Source: Hydrotalea sp. (GTDB lineage: Bacteria; Pseudomonadota; Alphaproteobacteria; JASGCL01). Taken from it: 64,000 nt of DNA. How positions within the stretch are numbered: position 1 is the stretch's first letter; every line of letters begins with the position of its first letter. Shown piece after piece: positions 58,057 through 64,000 of this stretch. The stretch spans positions 23,374 through 87,373 of the forward strand of contig JASGCL010000002.1 of assembly GCA_030054115.1 (NCBI GenBank). Direction: 5' to 3'. The translations under genes were made by a program, and so were the position numbers. Under the pieces are notes generated by a model that was not told where the DNA came from, did no database searches, and saw only the letters and a list, made by a program, of their open reading frames with translations.

Positions 58057-58113
58057 GAATATACCCACCCCTGCACCAATTCTATGAATTGATGTTTGGG
58101 GTGGTTTTTTTTT
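58057..58113 (+). ncRNA. Candidate small RNA or leader transcript between consensus promoter and intrinsic terminator
   Basis: ~57-nt unit ending in hairpin cccacccc...ggggtgg plus T9. Contains a 10-codon ORF atgaatatacccacccctgcaccaattctatga (MNIPTPAPIL). Confidence 0.3.
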
Positions 58114-58389
58114 AATCAGATTTCATTTTCTCAAACGTCGCCCGAAATTCATGCGGGCTTTTCACGCTTAAGAATAAAAGCTAATAGCTTCTTTATCTTT
58201 GCGGTAGCCTAAGCCTGCCACCCGCCGCGCACGCAAGATATCGTTCGAGTAGCAACGTGGGTAAAAACGTTTATAGTAGCAAGTGAAGCCACCCCCGCCC
58301 GAAATTCGCGCGGGCTTTGCTCGCGTGAAAAATATAAAAAAATGTCGGTGAGGCGAACGCCACTTCGTGGCTTTCGCAAGTATTTTTCG

Positions 58390-58467
58390 TGGTCGGAGTG
58401 GCAGGATTTGAACCTACGGCCCCTGCCTCCCGAAGGCAGTGCTCTACCAGTCTGAGCTACACTCCGC
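58390..58467 (-). tRNA. tRNA-Pro (anticodon CGG)
   Basis: Reverse complement gcggagtgtagctcagactggtagagcactgccttCGGgaggcaggggccgtaggttcaaatcctgccactccgacca. T-arm ggttcaaatcc, CCA encoded. Confidence 0.85.
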
Positions 58468-58567
58468 TTTGGTTTTTGCTATCACGAAAACAATAATTTT
58501 TCATTAAGAAAATGTTGGCGGCGGTTGCCATCTATTATTTGCCAAAAAAACATGGTAAGATAACAGC

Positions 58568-59062
58568 ATGACGATTTTGTATGTTGCAATTTTATTGCTG
58601 TTGTTTTTGGGTGTCGCCTTCGCGGTAAGGCGTTTCCTGCCCATTCTTATTGCCCTGGTGGTGCTGGTGCTGGTGCTGGTGGTGTCGATATCGCTATTTG
58701 GTTTTATGCCCGATTACAGCCGTGGCATGCGCGCCGGCGTGGTGCAAAAATACTCGGTGAAGGGGATTATATTTAAATCGGGCGAAATCACCATGGTTTT
58801 GCCGGTCGAGGGCATGGTTATGACCAGCGACCCAATCACTGTTTTTATTGTCTCTTGCATGTTTTCCAAAACGCCAGATGATTGCCAAGTGATTGAGCAG
58901 GCGGTTGCCACCAGGCAAAAAATTGTTGTCGAATATGAACAATGGTTGGTAAAACCAATCATGCAGGACAGCGATTACACGGTGAAATCGGCCAAGGTTG
59001 TTCCGGCGGTTGCGCCGGCGACCCCGGCAACGCCGCCCGCCATCGCGCCGGCCAAGCCATAA
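58568..59062 (+). CDS. Hypothetical membrane protein with Ala/Pro-rich C-terminus
   Basis: Two N-terminal TM helices ('ILYVAILLLLFLGVAFAV', 'ILIALVVLVLVLVVSISLFGF') and tail 'PAVAPATPATPPAIAPAKP'. Confidence 0.45.
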   Translation: MTILYVAILLLLFLGVAFAVRRFLPILIALVVLVLVLVVSISLFGFMPDYSRGMRAGVVQKYSVKGIIFKSGEITMVLPVEGMVMTSDPITVFIVSCMFSKTPDDCQVIEQAVATRQKIVVEYEQWLVKPIMQDSDYTVKSAKVVPAVAPATPATPPAIAPAKP

Positions 59063-59119
59063 TAAGGCCGTGCATCATGCGATGAAACAACCCCGTGGTT
59101 ATCGATGTGGTTATGAATA

Positions 59120-60517
59120 ATGGCGCAAACACAAAAAATTGTTACCCGCTTTGCCCCGTCGCCCACCGGTTATTTGCACCTGGGCGGGGCGCGCACCGCG
59201 CTGTTTAATTATTTATTCGCCAAACACCACGGCGGCGATTACAAATTACGGATAGAGGATACCGACCGCGCGCGCTCCACCCCCGACGCGATAGAGGTTA
59301 TTTTGCGCGGCCTGGAATGGCTGGGCATAAAACACGATGGCGATTTTGTGTTGCAATCCAACAACATTGCGCGGCATGTGGCGGTGGCCGAGGGCTTGGT
59401 AAAAAAAGGCTTGGCCTATGAATGTTACATGACGGCGGATGAATTGGAGGCCCTGCGCAAAGAGCAAGAGGCAAAAAAATTGCCCCTGAAATACGACGGG
59501 CGATGGCGCGACCGCGACGAAACCGACAGAAAAAAAATGGCGGGCAATGGTGCAAAACCAACCATCCGTATAAAAATGCCGCAAGCTGGCGCGACCACCA
59601 TCAACGATGCTGTGCAGGGGTCGGTCACGGTGCAAAACAGCGAATTGGACGATTTTATTTTACTGCGGTCTGACCGCACCCCGACCTACATGTTGTCGGT
59701 GGTGGTGGATGATGTCGATATGGGCGTTACCCATATTATTCGTGGCAATGACCATCTAACCAACGCTTTCCGCCAATATCACCTCTTTAAGGCGATTGCT
59801 GGCGATGAAAAAAACATTCCAGCATTTGCCCATATTCCGCTGATTATGAACGAGGCCGGCGAAAAATTATCAAAACGCAATGGCGCGGCGGCGATAACCG
59901 ATTACCAAACAATGGGGATTCTGCCCGAGGCAATGGTGAATTACCTGTTGCGCCTGGGCTGGTCGCACGGCGATGACGAAATTATTTCCATGGCGCAGGC
60001 GGTGGAATGGTTTGATATCGCCCATGTCGGGAAAAGCGCGGCCCGCACCGACATAAAAAAATTGCAACATTTGGCCGGCCATTACATGGCGATGGCCGAT
60101 GACGCGCGGTTGGCAAATCTTGCCAGCATTACTGAGGGCAAGCAATTTATACCGCTGATAAAAACGCGGGTATTTAATTTGGTTGATTTGGAAAAACAGG
60201 TTGCGCTGTTGCTGACCACGCCGGCATTTCCCCTAACCGCCGCAACCTTGCAAACCGAATTGCAAAATAAAAAACAGACATTATTGTCAGCTTGTGAATT
60301 TTTATCAAGCCAAGAAAATTGGGGCAAACAAAATTTGCATGATGCGGTGAAATTTTGGGGCGAGGCGCAGGGTTTAAAAATGAAAGACATCGCCCCCGCT
60401 ATCCGCCTGGCCTTGACCGGCCTTGAACATTCGCCGGGCTGTTTTGATTTGCTGGCGGTTTGCGGCAAAACTGAATCCTTGGCGCGGCTTGATGCCGCCA
60501 TCAAATCGCTTCTATAA
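59120..60517 (+). CDS. gltX: Glutamyl-tRNA synthetase
   Basis: 'VTRFAPSPTGYLHLGGARTALFN' HIGH region, 'KLSKR' KMSKS motif. 465 aa. Confidence 0.9.
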   Translation: MAQTQKIVTRFAPSPTGYLHLGGARTALFNYLFAKHHGGDYKLRIEDTDRARSTPDAIEVILRGLEWLGIKHDGDFVLQSNNIARHVAVAEGLVKKGLAYECYMTADELEALRKEQEAKKLPLKYDGRWRDRDETDRKKMAGNGAKPTIRIKMPQAGATTINDAVQGSVTVQNSELDDFILLRSDRTPTYMLSVVVDDVDMGVTHIIRGNDHLTNAFRQYHLFKAIAGDEKNIPAFAHIPLIMNEAGEKLSKRNGAAAITDYQTMGILPEAMVNYLLRLGWSHGDDEIISMAQAVEWFDIAHVGKSAARTDIKKLQHLAGHYMAMADDARLANLASITEGKQFIPLIKTRVFNLVDLEKQVALLLTTPAFPLTAATLQTELQNKKQTLLSACEFLSSQENWGKQNLHDAVKFWGEAQGLKMKDIAPAIRLALTGLEHSPGCFDLLAVCGKTESLARLDAAIKSLL

Positions 60518-61009
60518 CGGCCGCTTCATGAGCGGGTTGATGAGGGGGTTCATCTGGTCCAACAATCCTTGCAACAAAAAACTCGCCGCCATCTGGTCGC
60601 GCAATTTGTTTTTTTTGGCGGTGGTCAGGTTATCGCCAAATGCCTTATCATCGGCCAATAATTTATCAACCGCCTGGCTGGTTAAACGTTCATCCAACAA
60701 CAATATCGGAATCGTAACGCCGGCCTTGGCCAGGTTGCGGGCATATTGGCGGCGGCTTTGGGTTGATTTGTTTTCGCCGCCGTCCATGTTGCGCGGCAGG
60801 CCAATAACCAAGCCAACAATTTGCTCGTTGCTTATCATGGTGATAATCGCCTCGGCCTGGCGCGAAAAACTATCCTTCGCCCCATTATGCGGCATCTGTT
60901 GTTGCAACAGGCCAAATTGGCTGGCGATTTTTCGTTGCGGGTCCGACAGGGCCAGGCCGGTGCGTTTTTTGCCAATATCCAACGCCAATAATCGCCCGAC
61001 CCGTGGCAT
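60512..61009 (-). CDS. ruvX: Holliday junction resolvase-like protein RuvX (YqgF)
   Basis: Start trimmed to 'MPRVGRLLALDIGKKRTGLALSD' (YqgF N-terminal motif). Convergent with gltX, overlapping by 6 bp. Confidence 0.75.
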   Translation of the reverse strand: MPRVGRLLALDIGKKRTGLALSDPQRKIASQFGLLQQQMPHNGAKDSFSRQAEAIITMISNEQIVGLVIGLPRNMDGGENKSTQSRRQYARNLAKAGVTIPILLLDERLTSQAVDKLLADDKAFGDNLTTAKKNKLRDQMAASFLLQGLLDQMNPLINPLMKRPL

Positions 61010-61114
61010 GGTGGCGATGAAATCTTTCCGTTGGTCGGTGATATGGCTGAATATATTTTGCGCAATGGCCGTCATGGCTGTTCTATAGCACAAAATTACT
61101 TGCGCGGGCGTTAA

Positions 61115-62668
<1,554 letters not shown>

Positions 62669-62765
62669 GATTCTTTTGGTTGTGGTTGCAAAATTGATTT
62701 TTGCGAAAGGGCGAAAATTCTAAACGCAAGCCTATCAAAAAACATGAATTAAAGATTGATAAAAA

Positions 62766-63185
62766 ATGGCAAGCGAACAATTACAAATCGACATCATTGC
62801 CCCGAACGGCACATTATTTAATGGCATGGGCGACATGGTTATTGTGCCCGGCGACAATGGCGACATGGGTATTTTGGCGGGGCACGCCGACACCATTGCC
62901 GCCCTGCGCCCTGGGGTGTTGTGGTTTTACACCGGCGGCAAATTAAGCAAAAAATTTTTTCTAAGCGGCGGCTTCGCCGACATCAGCCAAAAAAAAGTGG
63001 TGATTTTGGCCACCGCGGCGAATGATGTCGCCACCCTGGACAGCAAGGATATTGAAAAGCAAATCAAGGATTTCACCGACGAATTAAAAAACACCAAGGA
63101 CGCCGCCCAGCAAGCTATTGTTAATGACAAATTGGCGGTGGCGCGCGCCGCCCTTTCCGCCATCAGCGAAAAGCTATACTCTTAA
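62766..63185 (+). CDS. atpC: F0F1 ATP synthase subunit epsilon
   Basis: 139 aa, immediately after atpD. 'IIAPNGTLFNG...VPGDNGDMGILAGHADTIAALRPGVL' matches the epsilon family. Confidence 0.85.
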   Translation: MASEQLQIDIIAPNGTLFNGMGDMVIVPGDNGDMGILAGHADTIAALRPGVLWFYTGGKLSKKFFLSGGFADISQKKVVILATAANDVATLDSKDIEKQIKDFTDELKNTKDAAQQAIVNDKLAVARAALSAISEKLYS

Positions 63186-63292
63186 GGCGAATCAGTCTAT
63201 TCAGCGGATGAAATGGCCCATGACCAAATGGCGGTTGCATGGCGTGGGGCATGATGTGGCACGCTACGTGCTTAGTGTTGGGGCATAAATCT

Positions 63293-64000
63293 ATGGTTAA
63301 GAAAATCACAAAAATCTTTCGGCTAAAAAACCATCGGCAACCGGCCAATGTGGGCCTGGGTGGACTGGCGCGGTTGGCGCAAACTGGGCGGTTATCGATG
63401 GTGGTGGCCTTGCCGGTGCGCCGCCCATGGCGCGCGTTGTTTTTATCGCTGGGGGTGCCGGCGATGTTGTTATTGCTATCATCACCCCCCGCCTTCGCGG
63501 TTGGGACGACGGTGCCAACCATATTATCGGCCAATGACCAGGCGATTTATAAAAAAGCTTTCCAGGCGGTGCATAATAAAAAATTTGATGCCGCAAAGAA
63601 CTTTATCCGCACCGCCGAAAACCCAATTTTGCGTTCGGCGGTGTTGGCGCAAATTTATATCCACCCAGGTTACAAAACCAGCATCAAGGAATTGGCCGAT
63701 TGGTTAACCAAATACAAAGACCACGGCATGGCCGATAATATCTATCGCTTGGCCCTGGCGCGGCGGCCAAACAAAAAATTTGTTCTTACCGAACCGGTGG
63801 CACCGCTATTGCCGCTTGATGCGATGGACGACAAATCAAAGAAAAATTTTCTAGCTGACCAGGCCGACAATGGCATTATCGATGACAGCCATTTCGCCCT
63901 CGACCCGCTCGACCAACAGGTTATGGACCTGCGGCGGTTGGTAAAACGCGATAAATTATTTGACGCCGTGGCCTTGGCGCGCAAAAACCTTACCGCCGAT
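63293..64000 (+). CDS. Lytic murein transglycosylase (Slt-like), 5' partial, continues past window end
   Basis: Open frame from ATG 63293 to the window end (not in the ORF track because there is no stop). Signal-like 'LSLGVPAMLLLLSSPPAFA'. Superhelical-domain-like text 'NDQAIYKKAFQAVHNKKFDAAKNFIRTAENPILRSAVLAQIYIHPGY' as in alphaproteobacterial Slt N-termini. The overlapping track ORF 63348..63707 is in another frame and looks non-protein-like. Confidence 0.5.
   Translation, partial: MVKKITKIFRLKNHRQPANVGLGGLARLAQTGRLSMVVALPVRRPWRALFLSLGVPAMLLLLSSPPAFAVGTTVPTILSANDQAIYKKAFQAVHNKKFDAAKNFIRTAENPILRSAVLAQIYIHPGYKTSIKELADWLTKYKDHGMADNIYRLALARRPNKKFVLTEPVAPLLPLDAMDDKSKKNFLADQADNGIIDDSHFALDPLDQQVMDLRRLVKRDKLFDAVALARKNLTAD

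Noticed and set aside
63348-63707. Track ORF 'MWAWVDWRGWRKLGGYRWWWPCRC...'
   Set aside because: Trp/Arg/Cys-rich nonsense. The real coding frame is the +1-shifted open frame from 63293 to the window end, called here as the Slt-like lytic transglycosylase.

Overview
This window reads as a chromosomal segment from an alphaproteobacterium. The main evidence is a circularly permuted (two-piece) tmRNA gene at ~29.85-30.26 kb, a plant/alpha-type gshA, and an initiator tRNA with a C1:A72 mismatch.

Most of the window is GC-rich housekeeping coding sequence:
- a suf operon (Rrf2 regulator, then sufB, sufC, sufD, sufS and a DUF59/SufT-like gene)
- fba and glpX, lipA, glmU and glmS, serS, gltX
- atpD and atpC, mnmG, rsmE, gshA, rpsT, rph, recG, lpxB, gpmI and queG
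- a Pot-like ABC importer and tRNA-fMet, tRNA-Gly(CCC) and tRNA-Pro(CGG)

Intergenic DNA is strikingly AT-rich, and several low-GC islands interrupt the housekeeping genes:
- An orphan 400-aa protein (4.78-5.98 kb) sits inside a putative quaternary-amine / acyl-CoA catabolic cluster (Rieske oxygenase, carnitine-dehydrogenase-like protein, acyl-CoA dehydrogenase, NDP-forming acyl-CoA synthetase).
- A Dam-family adenine methyltransferase with an adjacent candidate restriction endonuclease (8.23-10.07 kb).
- A glycan-modification-like island with two methyltransferases and a large multi-pass (GT-C-like) membrane protein (11.4-15.45 kb).
- A two-gene module of a membrane/coiled-coil protein plus an ImmA/IrrE (HEXXH) metallopeptidase (49.6-50.7 kb).

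Also notable: a candidate small RNA with consensus promoter and terminator next to tRNA-Pro, duplicated hairpin elements, several operator-like repeats, and atpDC separated from the rest of the F1 operon.

No CRISPR array, transposase, integrase or rRNA gene was seen.
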